In this document: in pieces, positions 17,485-26,151 of the stretch | Layout: each line of letters opens with the position of its first letter | Position numbering within the stretch: position 1 is the first letter of the stretch | Assembly (NCBI GenBank): GCA_031407575.1 | Contig: JANOIJ010000203.1 | Coordinates: 1 to 44,863, forward strand | Direction of reading: 5' to 3' | DNA length: 44,863 nt | DNA from: Gemmatimonadaceae bacterium | GTDB taxonomy: Bacteria; Gemmatimonadota; Gemmatimonadetes; Gemmatimonadales; Gemmatimonadaceae | Notes under the pieces: model-generated | Seen by the model: only the letters and a program-made list of their open reading frames with translations | Told to the model about the DNA's origin: nothing | The model's database searches: none | Made by a program: the position numbers and the translations under genes

Positions 17485-18438
17485 ATGACCCAAGAACGCA
17501 TTGCCGCCGTGCGGCGGTTCAACCGGTTCTACACCCGCGTCGTCGGCGCGCTCGACGAGGGACACCTCCAGAGTCGATTCGCCCTGGCCGAGGTGCGACT
17601 GCTGTTCGAGATCGCGCATCGCGATGGCCCGACCGCCACGGAGCTCATCGCCGACCTTGCTCTCGACGCCGGCTACGTCAGCCGCCTCCTGCGCGAGCTC
17701 GCGCGACGACGCCTCGTGAAGTCCACGCGATCGGCAGCGGACGGGCGCGAGCGTCACCTCTCGCTCACTGCCAAGGGCAGTGCAACGGTCATCGACCTGG
17801 AGTCGCGCGCCGGCGCCGACGTCGCCCGGCTCATCCAGCCGCTGGACGACATTGCGCAAGCGCGCCTCGTGGGCGCGATGGACGCGATCCGGTCGCTGCT
17901 CGCGCCCGCCTCTCCAGCAAGCGCCGTCGTGCGAGCTCCGTCGCCCGGCTTCGTGCTACGCGGACTTCAGCCCGGCGACTTGGGCTGGGTCGTCCAGGCC
18001 CACGGCGAGCTGTACACGCGCGAATACGGGTGGGACGACCAGTTCGAAGCGCTCGTGGCCAAGATCGTCGCCGGCTTCATCGAGACGTTCGACGCCTCGC
18101 GCGAACGATGCTGGATCGCCGAGCGCGACAGCGTGCGCGTGGGCTCGGTGTTCCTGATGCGACATCCCGAGCGGGACGGTGTCGCAAAGTTGCGCCTCCT
18201 GCTCGTCGATCCTGCGGCGCGCGGGCTGGGAATCGGCCAACGTCTCGTGCGCGAATGCACTGACTTCGCGCGCGCGTCAGGCTATCACACCATCACGCTG
18301 TGGACCAACGATGTGCTCGCCTCCGCCCGCCGGATCTACCAGGCAGAGGGCTATCGACTCGTGAATGAGGAACCGCATCACAGCTTCGGCCACGACTTGA
18401 AGGGACAGACGTGGGAGCTGGCGTTGGTCGAGAACTAA
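17485..18438 (+). CDS. Fusion protein: MarR-type HTH regulator domain plus GNAT N-acetyltransferase domain
   Basis: The N-terminal 150 aa are MarR-like (LLFEIAHRDGPTATELIADLALDAGYVSRLLRELARRRLVKSTRSAADGRERHLSLTAKG). The C-terminus carries GNAT motifs (RLLLVDPAARGLGIGQRLVRECTDFARASGYHTITLWT). Confidence 0.85.
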   Translation: MTQERIAAVRRFNRFYTRVVGALDEGHLQSRFALAEVRLLFEIAHRDGPTATELIADLALDAGYVSRLLRELARRRLVKSTRSAADGRERHLSLTAKGSATVIDLESRAGADVARLIQPLDDIAQARLVGAMDAIRSLLAPASPASAVVRAPSPGFVLRGLQPGDLGWVVQAHGELYTREYGWDDQFEALVAKIVAGFIETFDASRERCWIAERDSVRVGSVFLMRHPERDGVAKLRLLLVDPAARGLGIGQRLVRECTDFARASGYHTITLWTNDVLASARRIYQAEGYRLVNEEPHHSFGHDLKGQTWELALVEN

Positions 18439-18454
18439 CGACGGGATGATGTAA

Positions 18455-18548
18455 CCGAGGACTGAGACTGGCGACTGGCAACTGGAGACTGGAAACTGGC
18501 TGCGATGGACCCGTACGGTCAGTCTCCAGTCTCCAGTTTCCAGTCGAC
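18455..18548. repeat. Imperfect 7-nt-period tandem repeats (NNACTGG x6) followed by their inverted complement (CCAGT(C/T)T x4), giving a palindromic convergent intergenic region
   Basis: actgagactggcgactggcaactggagactggaaactgg ... cagtctccagtctccagtttccagtc. It lies between two convergent gene ends (18438 and 18560). Confidence 0.75.
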
Positions 18549-18559
18549 TCGATGCGCAG

Positions 18560-19894
18560 TCAGGGTAGTGGTTGCGCAGCCGCCTGCTTGTACACCACGC
18601 CGTTCTTCATCACGAAGCTCACCCGCTCCATCAGCGCAATGTCCTTCGTCGGGTCGCCGGGCACCGCGACGACATCCGCCCACTTGCCGGCCGCCAGCGT
18701 CCCCACGTTCTTCTCCCAACCGAGCAGCGTCGCGGCGTTCAGGGTGCCCGCGACGATCGACTGCATGGGCGTCATCCCGCCCCACGTCACCAGCAGCGTG
18801 AACTCGTGACCGTTCGCGCCATGCTCGCCCACGCCGGCATCGGTACCGAGCGCAATGGGGACGCCATTGCGCACCGCTAGCCGGACGGCGTTCCGCATCC
18901 CGGCTGCCGCAGCCAACGCCTTCTCGGCACGCAGACCGGTGAGGCGCCCGCTCTTTGCGGCCATCTCCACGAACTCGCCCGCACTGATCGTTGGCACCAG
19001 CCACGTGCCCTTCTGCGCCATGATCTTCGCGCCCTCGTCGTCGAGGAAGGAGCCGTGCTCGATGCTGGCGGCGCCCGCCTGCGCCGCGAGCTTGATGCCC
19101 TCTGCGCCGTGCGCGTGGGCCGCGACCTTTCGGTCGAGCTTCTTCGCTTCGTCCACGATCGCACGCATCTCGTCGAGCGTGTACTGCAACACACCCACCG
19201 CGTCTCCCTCGGAGAGCACGCCACCCGTTGCGCAGATCTTGATGACGTCAGCGCCGTACTTCGATTGATAGCGCACCGCCTTGCGTCCTTCGTCAGCGCC
19301 GTCGGCGACACCCGTGCGGAAGTCGCCGTCAGCGAGGCCCGGACGATAGCCGTTCTCGTCGCAGTGGCCACCGGTGATGCCGAACGAGTTGCCGGCGTTC
19401 TGCATCCGCGGGCCGACCACGGCGCCGTTCGTGATGGCCTGCCGCAGCGCCATGTCGTCGAAGTTCGACGCGCCGAGCACACGAATGCTGGTGAAGCCGG
19501 CCATGAGCGTCTTGCGCGCGTTCTCAACGCCGACGATGGCGCCATAGCTCGCGTAGTCGCGCACGCTCGCGTCATCCGACTTCGGATCCGAGAGCGGCCG
19601 GCCGATGATGTGCGTATGCGCGTCGATGAAGCCGGGCATGAGTGTCGCGTCGCCAAGGTCGATCACCCGCGCGCCGGCTGGGATGACAACAGTTCCCTGC
19701 CGACCAACAGCGACGATCTTGTCATCGGTGACGACCACCACGCCGTTCTGCACCACGGCGCCGCCGGTGCCGTCGATGAGGCGCGCCGCGCGCAACACCA
19801 CGGTGCCCTTGGCGGGCGTGACTTGCGCGCCGAGTGCCTGGTACGCTGAAAGAGTGATCAACGCGCACAGCGCGACCAATCGTGTGCGCGTCAT
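18560..19894 (-). CDS. Amidohydrolase-family metal-dependent hydrolase, exported (signal peptide)
   Basis: Start at MTRTRLVALCALITL... The amidohydrolase metal-binding motif (MPGFIDAHTHI) follows a signal peptide. The start overlaps the stop of the upstream gene (ATGA). Confidence 0.85.
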   Translation of the reverse strand: MTRTRLVALCALITLSAYQALGAQVTPAKGTVVLRAARLIDGTGGAVVQNGVVVVTDDKIVAVGRQGTVVIPAGARVIDLGDATLMPGFIDAHTHIIGRPLSDPKSDDASVRDYASYGAIVGVENARKTLMAGFTSIRVLGASNFDDMALRQAITNGAVVGPRMQNAGNSFGITGGHCDENGYRPGLADGDFRTGVADGADEGRKAVRYQSKYGADVIKICATGGVLSEGDAVGVLQYTLDEMRAIVDEAKKLDRKVAAHAHGAEGIKLAAQAGAASIEHGSFLDDEGAKIMAQKGTWLVPTISAGEFVEMAAKSGRLTGLRAEKALAAAAGMRNAVRLAVRNGVPIALGTDAGVGEHGANGHEFTLLVTWGGMTPMQSIVAGTLNAATLLGWEKNVGTLAAGKWADVVAVPGDPTKDIALMERVSFVMKNGVVYKQAAAQPLP

Positions 19895-20700
19895 TTCGTC
19901 ACCCAGTGCTTCGCGGCCTTCCACTTCGCCGGATCGAACAGCGCCGGGTCGAGCTCGACGTTGACGCGGATGTCGGTGTAGTCCTCGTAGAACACGAGCT
20001 TGCCGTCAGTGTGGATCTCGACGCGCGGCGCGATCCACGCCTCGCCCTGGCGCTGGTAGTTCATGAAGCGGACGTCCTGCACCTTGGTGGAATCGCGCGG
20101 TGCCGGGTCAGTGGATCGGACGAAGTAGAGGCGCTCCGCGTCGATCCAGAATCGCTTGTTGATCTTCGTTCCGGTCGGCGCCGCGCCCACGACGATCATC
20201 GGGCGGCCCTGGAAGGTGTCGGTCGCCACCTTGTTGAGGTCGTATCCCTCGCGGCGGAGCAACGTCGCGGTGCGCGCCGGCGTGTTGGCGTAGACGTCGA
20301 AGCCGAGGAGCAGGAGGGGATTGATGGACGGCTGGCCACGCAGTGCGCGCCCGTTGCTTGCAGCGAAGGCACTGTCGCGGACGTAGAGCACGCCATTGCC
20401 CGCACTGATGGGCTCGAAGTCGATGCGCAGCTTGCCCGGCATGGACATGGCCTCGTACCAGGTCTGCACGTTCCACTTCTCGGCGACGAGGCGCGACGTC
20501 TTCTGCGTGAAGGTGAGCGTGGTGTACCACTTGCCGGCGTACCGCTCGCGCATGGCGGCGATGAGGTCGTCGCCGCTGGCGTAGCTGAGACGCACCGGTG
20601 TGGCGGCCGGCGCGGTGGTGTTGGCCTTGCCGCGGCACGCGCACACGGCGAGCAGGGAGAGCGCCGCAACTCGGGCGCTCTGCATCATGAGGAAACGCAT
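19891..20700 (-). CDS. Hypothetical exported protein or lipoprotein
   Basis: Start at MRFLMMQSARVAALSLLAVCAC (signal peptide with a possible lipobox Cys). No motif recognised. It is translationally coupled to the amidohydrolase. Confidence 0.55.
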   Translation of the reverse strand: MRFLMMQSARVAALSLLAVCACRGKANTTAPAATPVRLSYASGDDLIAAMRERYAGKWYTTLTFTQKTSRLVAEKWNVQTWYEAMSMPGKLRIDFEPISAGNGVLYVRDSAFAASNGRALRGQPSINPLLLLGFDVYANTPARTATLLRREGYDLNKVATDTFQGRPMIVVGAAPTGTKINKRFWIDAERLYFVRSTDPAPRDSTKVQDVRFMNYQRQGEAWIAPRVEIHTDGKLVFYEDYTDIRVNVELDPALFDPAKWKAAKHWVTK

Positions 20701-20866
20701 CACGAATACTTCTCGTCTGCGGACCGCCGCGCAACGGGGGATGGTTCTGGCGTCGGGGGTCGCGGCGCATTCTTCGGCCACGACGTGGCGTCCTCGGGCT
20801 GCGTCCTGCGCGTCTGATGGGTGCGCTGGCGAGCGCCGCCAGCGGTTCTTTCACAGGAGATGCCTC

Positions 20867-21322
20867 ATGCCGCGCACCGTGCCGTTCGATGCAGCACCCT
20901 CCACCTTGCCCATTCTCCAGCTTCGATGCGCGCTCATCATTGGCGCTCTCGTCGACCTGCTGGGAGCCATCAAGTTCGCGTTCTTCCCGGCTGGTACACT
21001 CGCCGAGATGCAGTTGCCGCCCGGGGGTGCGTTCTGGCCGCGCTACGCCGCGGTATTCCTGGTGGTCCTCGCGATTCTCTACTGCGTGACGGCGATCAAT
21101 CCCGCGCGCTCGCTCGCGAACATCGGCGTGGCCATTGTGGGTCGCACGCTGGGGATGGCCTTTTACATGGTGTTCGCGCTGGTCACTCCCGGGACACAGC
21201 GGCTGGTCGTGGTCCTATCGGTGGCGAATCTCGTCTTTGCAGGCTGGTATTTCATCGCCCTGGGGCCATCGGGGCGGCAGCAGTTGTACGCTGCTCTCCG
21301 CCCACCGGAGTCTACGTCATGA
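20867..21322 (+). CDS. Hypothetical small integral membrane protein (about 4 TM)
   Basis: ATG at 20867, preceded by AGGAGA 7 nt upstream. The sequence is hydrophobic. Confidence 0.55.
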   Translation: MPRTVPFDAAPSTLPILQLRCALIIGALVDLLGAIKFAFFPAGTLAEMQLPPGGAFWPRYAAVFLVVLAILYCVTAINPARSLANIGVAIVGRTLGMAFYMVFALVTPGTQRLVVVLSVANLVFAGWYFIALGPSGRQQLYAALRPPESTS

Positions 21323-21340
21323 TGACGTACGATGGCGCTG

Positions 21341-21396
21341 ATGACATCCTGAGCGCAGCGCTGTCATCCTGAGCCCTTCGGCTCAGGATGACAAGG
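21341..21396. repeat. Family-A repeat: a partial unit plus a perfect hairpin TTGTCATCCTGAGCC-cttc-GGCTCAGGATGACAA
   Basis: It fills the gap between convergent stops (21322 plus strand, 21397 minus strand) and acts as a likely bidirectional terminator. Confidence 0.8.
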
Positions 21397-24300
21397 CTAC
21401 ACGCCGGCGACGCCCAGCATCGCGCTCATCGCGTCCACGTTCACCACGCCACGCGAATGCATGGCCGCGTCGGCTGATTCGACCAGCGCCCCGCCAGCCG
21501 AGCCACCGGCGAGCAAGCCGCGCTGGCGACGGGCGATGGTGGCCTGAAGGGCAAGGCCGGCGCTGGCGAGCGACGTCTCCGCCGTCTCGAGGGCGCGAAT
21601 GGCGCCTGCGTCGTCGCCGCGCGCATGGGCCAGGCCTGCGTTCAGGCGCTCCACGTACCCCGCGGCCCAGCTGCAGCGCTCGCGCGAGATGGCTCGCACG
21701 TCGCGCGCCGCGCGTGCAAGGTGGCGCGCTCGATCGACTCCCGCGGCTGCCGCCTGCAGCGCGCCACGAGCGCGGACGTCGCGGAGCATCACGCGCGTCA
21801 CCTGATTCTGCGTCTGCAGCGACCGCACCATCGCGGGCCAGCGCCGCGTCACCTCGGTGCAGGCGTCGGCGCCGGCACCACTGTACAGCAGCATGAGCGC
21901 ACGCGAGAAGAGCACGGACACGTGCTGGATGTGAAATCCGCGATAGGGCCACAGGACGAGCGCTTCGTGGAGGAAGGATTCGGCGCCATCGATGTCGTCG
22001 GCCACCAGTCGCTCATACGGCAGCGGAAACGCGAGCAGGTTGGTCACCATGAAGTGATCGCCGCGAGCACGCGCCTCCGGTTCCCATGCTCGCAGGCGCA
22101 CGCCAAGCTCGAGGTTGTCGCCGCAGTGCGACATCGCCCACGCCATCATCGTGCGCGTCGTGGACAGCTCCCACCACGCGCCGGTGCACTGGTCGCGAAA
22201 GATCTCTTCAGCTTTCGCGCCGGCAGTGACCGCGTGCGAGAACCGCCCATGGAGGAAGGCCACCCAACCATCGGCGAAATCCACCATACCACGTGCCTGC
22301 GGGCTCTCCACACGGTTGGCAAGACTGCTCGCCAACCGCAGCATGTCGCTCGACCGCCGTGCCGTTCGAGGACCTCCTGTGGCGGTGAGGACCGCTTCCC
22401 AGGAGAGCGCGAGGGCCAGCCGACGGGGCTCGCCGGCCGCGAGCGCCAGGAGCAGCGCCTGCGACTGGAACGCGGCCACACGCACGACGTCTACTGCGCC
22501 GAGCGCCGTGCTCACGGCCCGGAGGGCATCGATGCGGCGAAGGTCACGCAGCGGAATGTCGCGCTCCGTTCGTTCGACGAAGTGCAGTCCACGGAGTCGC
22601 AGCTGGACGCGCCGAGCGATCAACTGCGCCATGAGCGCGACGGACGACTGCGGGGACCCAAGCCCCACGCCGCGCAGCACGTGCATGAAGAGGGCGCGTC
22701 CTTCATCCACGTGACCACTGATGGCGTACTGCGTGGCCGCCATGCGCTGGAGGTCGAGACGCTCGTCCGCGCCAGCAATCGTCGCCGCACGTTCATACGC
22801 CTGCGCGGCGAGCTGACCGCGTCCCGCGTTGGCCAGTGCGTTTCCCATCGAAGTCAACAGCACGCAGCGCTGGCCGGGCTCGATGAGCGGAGACTCGAGC
22901 GCTCGCTGGTAGAGCGTGCCCGCACGAGCGAAGGCAAGCGCTCGCTCCGCTCCCTCGGCCGCCCGCGCGAAGTGCGCGCTCGCACGCGCGATCTCGCCGC
23001 ACTCGGCGAAATGCACGGCCACCGTTTCCTGATCCGCGTCCGGACGCGCGGCTAGTGCCGTCGCGAGACTCTGGTGATGCCGGCGCCGAATGGCCGGCTC
23101 GAGACGCGCGACGATGGTCTCGCGAATGCGATCGTGGTACGTCTCGACCTCGTCGAGCGGTGCGGAGCCGGTGGATCGCAACAGGTGTGCATGGCGCAGC
23201 AACGCCAGCGCGTGCGGGTCTCGCGCCGCTTCGCCGCTCGCGTCACGCCAGACGTCGTTGCGGACCGGCCGGCCGGCGATGGCCACGAGACCGAGGAGCT
23301 CACGCGCCACCGAGGGCAACGCCTCGATGCGCGCCCAGAGTGCCCGCTCCAGGTCGAACGGCGCCTCGCTGGCGTGGTGTGGCCATCCCGGGCGGGTCCG
23401 CACATATCGCGCGAGTTCGTGCATGAAGAACGGGTTGCCGTCCGACTCCGCGGACACGCGGTTCACGACGTCGTCGTTGGAGCCCGGCGGGAGCAAAGAC
23501 CTCGCGAGTGTCTGGGCCTCGGCTGCGTTCAGTGCGGATAGCGTGAGGTAGTCCGGGCGTGCACCATCGCGGCGAGCGGCGTGTGCCGTCGCCAGCACCT
23601 GGAGACACGGGCTCGTGTGCTCGTACTCGCTTCGGTACGTCGCCACGAAGAGCATTCGTGGAGGCGCAGCGCCAGTGAGGAGATGCGCGAGCAGCTCGCC
23701 GCTGTCGTCGTCTCCCCACTGGAGATCGTCGATGACCACGACGACGGTCGCCGTCTCGCCAAGGCTCGACAGCAGTGCACGCAGCACGCCGAACGCACGA
23801 CGGCGCACCTCGCGAGGATCCCGAACGATGACGCCCCCGCGCGCCGCCGCGATTGCGCCGACGCGCACCAGCACCGGGAACAGCCTGCCGAGGAAGGCGA
23901 TCTCCGTCGGGAGCAGGTGGGCGAGTTGCTGCGGCGAGCGCGTGCGCAGCCACGACGAGAGTGCGTCGACGACCGCGTCGACCGCCTTGAACGGCACCGA
24001 TTCCTGCTCGTCGCAGCGCCCCTCGAGGACCAGCACGCCCTCGTCGCGCCCGGCTTCGCCGAGGAAGTGCGCGATGAGCGCGCTCTTGCCGCCACCGGAC
24101 GGGCCGCGGACATACACCGTGCGACTCGCGCCACGCCTCACTGCATCCAGCGCCGACTCCAGTGCGTCCAGCTGCGCCACGCGACCCACGAACACAGGTG
24201 TGGGCTCCTCCATCGTCGGGGAGCGCTCGTCGTCACCCTCGATTACTGCAGCGAGTCGCGCGATCGTCTCGTCGGCCGCAGGCCTGAGCGCCGGCTCGGC

Positions 24301-25353
24301 AGCGAGCAGCGCAAGGCAGAGTGCCTCGAGGTCCGCCGGTACACCGCGCACCAACTTGCTCGGTGATACGACGACACCTTTCGACTTCGCGAGAAAAATC
24401 GCCCCGGCGGTGCCCGTGAACGGCGTCTTTCCAGTGAGCGCCTCATAGAGCATGACGCCCATGCTGTACCAGTCGCTCGCCGCGGTGAGGGAATGTCCAG
24501 CGAACTGCTCGGGCGACATGTACGGAGGCGTGCCCAGGTGCGCAGTGGTCCTCGTGGTATCGCCAAGGCCGACGGCGATGCCGAAGTCGAGGATCACGAC
24601 CTGCCCGTCCGGCCGGACGAGCACGTTGGACGGCTTGAGGTCACGATGCAGGACGCCGTGCCCGTGCAGGGCGGAGATGCCATCGGTGAGCTGTGCCATC
24701 GCGTCGCGCAGCCGTCGCTCATCGGCGATGGCATCGAAGGGCGGCCGCGCGGCCGGGTCGTCGCGGATGTGCCTCCCGTTGCGGACCCAGTCCAGGAAAT
24801 CCACGCCGTCCACCAGCTCCATCGTGAAGAACCACTGATCGTCCTCCGCGACCAGCTCGTACAGCTCGACCAGGTTCGGGTGCTCGAGCGCCGCGAGCGA
24901 GCGGAACTCGCGCTTGAACCTGAACAAGGCATCAGGGTCTGCCACCGGAAGCAGCTTGAGCGCCACGCGCGCAGCCGACTGCCGGTCGACGGCTTCGAAC
25001 ACGACGCCCATCCCGCCGGCGCCCAACGTGCGGGTGAGCTCGAAGCGCGGGCTACCGGCGAACGGGTGGACGGCGGACGGCGGTACGAGCTTGCGCACGT
25101 CAGCCGCAAACTCGGCGGCCGCAGCGGCCGCCCCGGCGAGGAAGTCGTCTGATGCCTCGGCGGCCTCGTACGCGCGCACCATGCGCTCGACGTCACGACG
25201 AAACGCTTCGTCTCCGGCGCAATGCTCCGCGAGGTAGCGGCCGCGCGACCCTACCGGTACACCGAGCACCGCCTCCACCATCGGCCTGACGCGTGCCCAT
25301 TGCTCCGCCGCGTCCGCGCGGCCGGGGCGATGCGGCGCGTCAGGGGATGTCAT
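21397..25353 (-). CDS. Large STAND-type Ser/Thr protein kinase (PknK-like): N-terminal ECF-associated motif, Hanks kinase domain, P-loop NTPase (AAA_16-like), and about 700 aa of TPR-like helical repeats
   Basis: Start chosen at the internal ATG (MTSPDAPHRP...), which overlaps the ECF sigma stop by 14 nt. The N-terminal motif is YLAEHCAGDEAFRRDVERMVRAYE. The kinase domain has LGAGGMGVVFEA, HRDLKPSNVL and DFG. The Walker A motif is VYVRGPSGGGKSALIAHF. The C-terminus is long and helical. Confidence 0.85.
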   Translation of the reverse strand: MTSPDAPHRPGRADAAEQWARVRPMVEAVLGVPVGSRGRYLAEHCAGDEAFRRDVERMVRAYEAAEASDDFLAGAAAAAAEFAADVRKLVPPSAVHPFAGSPRFELTRTLGAGGMGVVFEAVDRQSAARVALKLLPVADPDALFRFKREFRSLAALEHPNLVELYELVAEDDQWFFTMELVDGVDFLDWVRNGRHIRDDPAARPPFDAIADERRLRDAMAQLTDGISALHGHGVLHRDLKPSNVLVRPDGQVVILDFGIAVGLGDTTRTTAHLGTPPYMSPEQFAGHSLTAASDWYSMGVMLYEALTGKTPFTGTAGAIFLAKSKGVVVSPSKLVRGVPADLEALCLALLAAEPALRPAADETIARLAAVIEGDDERSPTMEEPTPVFVGRVAQLDALESALDAVRRGASRTVYVRGPSGGGKSALIAHFLGEAGRDEGVLVLEGRCDEQESVPFKAVDAVVDALSSWLRTRSPQQLAHLLPTEIAFLGRLFPVLVRVGAIAAARGGVIVRDPREVRRRAFGVLRALLSSLGETATVVVVIDDLQWGDDDSGELLAHLLTGAAPPRMLFVATYRSEYEHTSPCLQVLATAHAARRDGARPDYLTLSALNAAEAQTLARSLLPPGSNDDVVNRVSAESDGNPFFMHELARYVRTRPGWPHHASEAPFDLERALWARIEALPSVARELLGLVAIAGRPVRNDVWRDASGEAARDPHALALLRHAHLLRSTGSAPLDEVETYHDRIRETIVARLEPAIRRRHHQSLATALAARPDADQETVAVHFAECGEIARASAHFARAAEGAERALAFARAGTLYQRALESPLIEPGQRCVLLTSMGNALANAGRGQLAAQAYERAATIAGADERLDLQRMAATQYAISGHVDEGRALFMHVLRGVGLGSPQSSVALMAQLIARRVQLRLRGLHFVERTERDIPLRDLRRIDALRAVSTALGAVDVVRVAAFQSQALLLALAAGEPRRLALALSWEAVLTATGGPRTARRSSDMLRLASSLANRVESPQARGMVDFADGWVAFLHGRFSHAVTAGAKAEEIFRDQCTGAWWELSTTRTMMAWAMSHCGDNLELGVRLRAWEPEARARGDHFMVTNLLAFPLPYERLVADDIDGAESFLHEALVLWPYRGFHIQHVSVLFSRALMLLYSGAGADACTEVTRRWPAMVRSLQTQNQVTRVMLRDVRARGALQAAAAGVDRARHLARAARDVRAISRERCSWAAGYVERLNAGLAHARGDDAGAIRALETAETSLASAGLALQATIARRQRGLLAGGSAGGALVESADAAMHSRGVVNVDAMSAMLGVAGV

Positions 25354-25936
25354 CGCGCAACTGCTCGAACAGCCACGCGCGCGCCATGGACCAGTCGCGT
25401 GCGACCGTGCGCGGCGACACGCCCAGCGCCTCGGCAATCTCTGCCTCGGTGAGTCCCGCGAAGAAGCGACACTCGACAACGCGGGCGAGACGGTCGTCCA
25501 CGAGGCGGAGGCGATCGAGCGCTTCGTCGAGTGCCAGCAAGGACTCGGCGCGCTCTGCAACCGCGAGCGCCGGCGCGTTCGCCAGCTCCAGGGCGTCGAG
25601 GTCCATGCGTGCCTGATCAGCGCCTCCGCGCCGGGCGGCTTTGTGCTTGCGCGCGTAGTCGATGAGGATGCGGCGCATGGTGCGTGCGGCAATCGCGAAG
25701 AACTGCGATCGATCCACCCATTGCGCATCGGGCTGGTTGGCGAGCCGGAGATAGGCTTCGTGCACGACCGCGGTGGTGGACAGCGTGTGTCCGGAGTGTT
25801 CGGCGCGCAACTGCCGGTGCGCAATGCGCCGCAGCTCGCCGTAGATGAGCGGCATCAGCCGATGCATCGCCTCCGTCTCGCCGGCGCTCAACTCAGAAAG
25901 AGCCTGGACGATCTCCTTCTGCTCCTCGTCTGGCAT
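25340..25936 (-). CDS. ECF-type sigma-70 family RNA polymerase sigma factor of the Ser/Thr-kinase-associated subtype
   Basis: Start at MPDEEQKEIVQ (198 aa). Region 2 is LMPLIYGELRRIAHRQLRAEHSGHTLSTTAVVHEAYLRL and region 4 is LTEAEIAEALGVSPRTVARDWSMARAWL. From memory this resembles the TIGR02999-type sigma factors that are found next to protein kinases. Confidence 0.8.
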   Translation of the reverse strand: MPDEEQKEIVQALSELSAGETEAMHRLMPLIYGELRRIAHRQLRAEHSGHTLSTTAVVHEAYLRLANQPDAQWVDRSQFFAIAARTMRRILIDYARKHKAARRGGADQARMDLDALELANAPALAVAERAESLLALDEALDRLRLVDDRLARVVECRFFAGLTEAEIAEALGVSPRTVARDWSMARAWLFEQLRDDIP

Positions 25937-26151
25937 GCCGCGCTCCGCGCGCGAGAGTGTCCGTCGTGATCGCCGTGGCCTTACCGGCCGAGGCGTCGAA
26001 GGTACGCGGGCAACGTGGTAGGGCGACAGGTCGATCGCCGCTCGCCGCGAACCATCCATGAGCCAATGCACGAGCGTGGCGTCTTTCCGCCTGCTCCTGC
26101 GCGTCTCCTCCCGTCCGCTGAACCAACCCAACTCTCTCAGGAGGAATTCCG

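Noticed and set aside
21397-25824. The 1475-aa ORF in the track presented as a single protein
   Set aside because: Its first 157 codons are an out-of-frame read-through of the ECF sigma gene (25340-25936, which has proper region 2 and region 4 motifs). The kinase protein starts at the internal ATG at 25353.
25937-26151. An ECF-type promoter (GGAAC-N16-CGTC) upstream of the sigma gene or the RCC1 gene
   Set aside because: Only partial resemblances (TGAACC...CTC) were found by eye. This is not convincing without a motif model.
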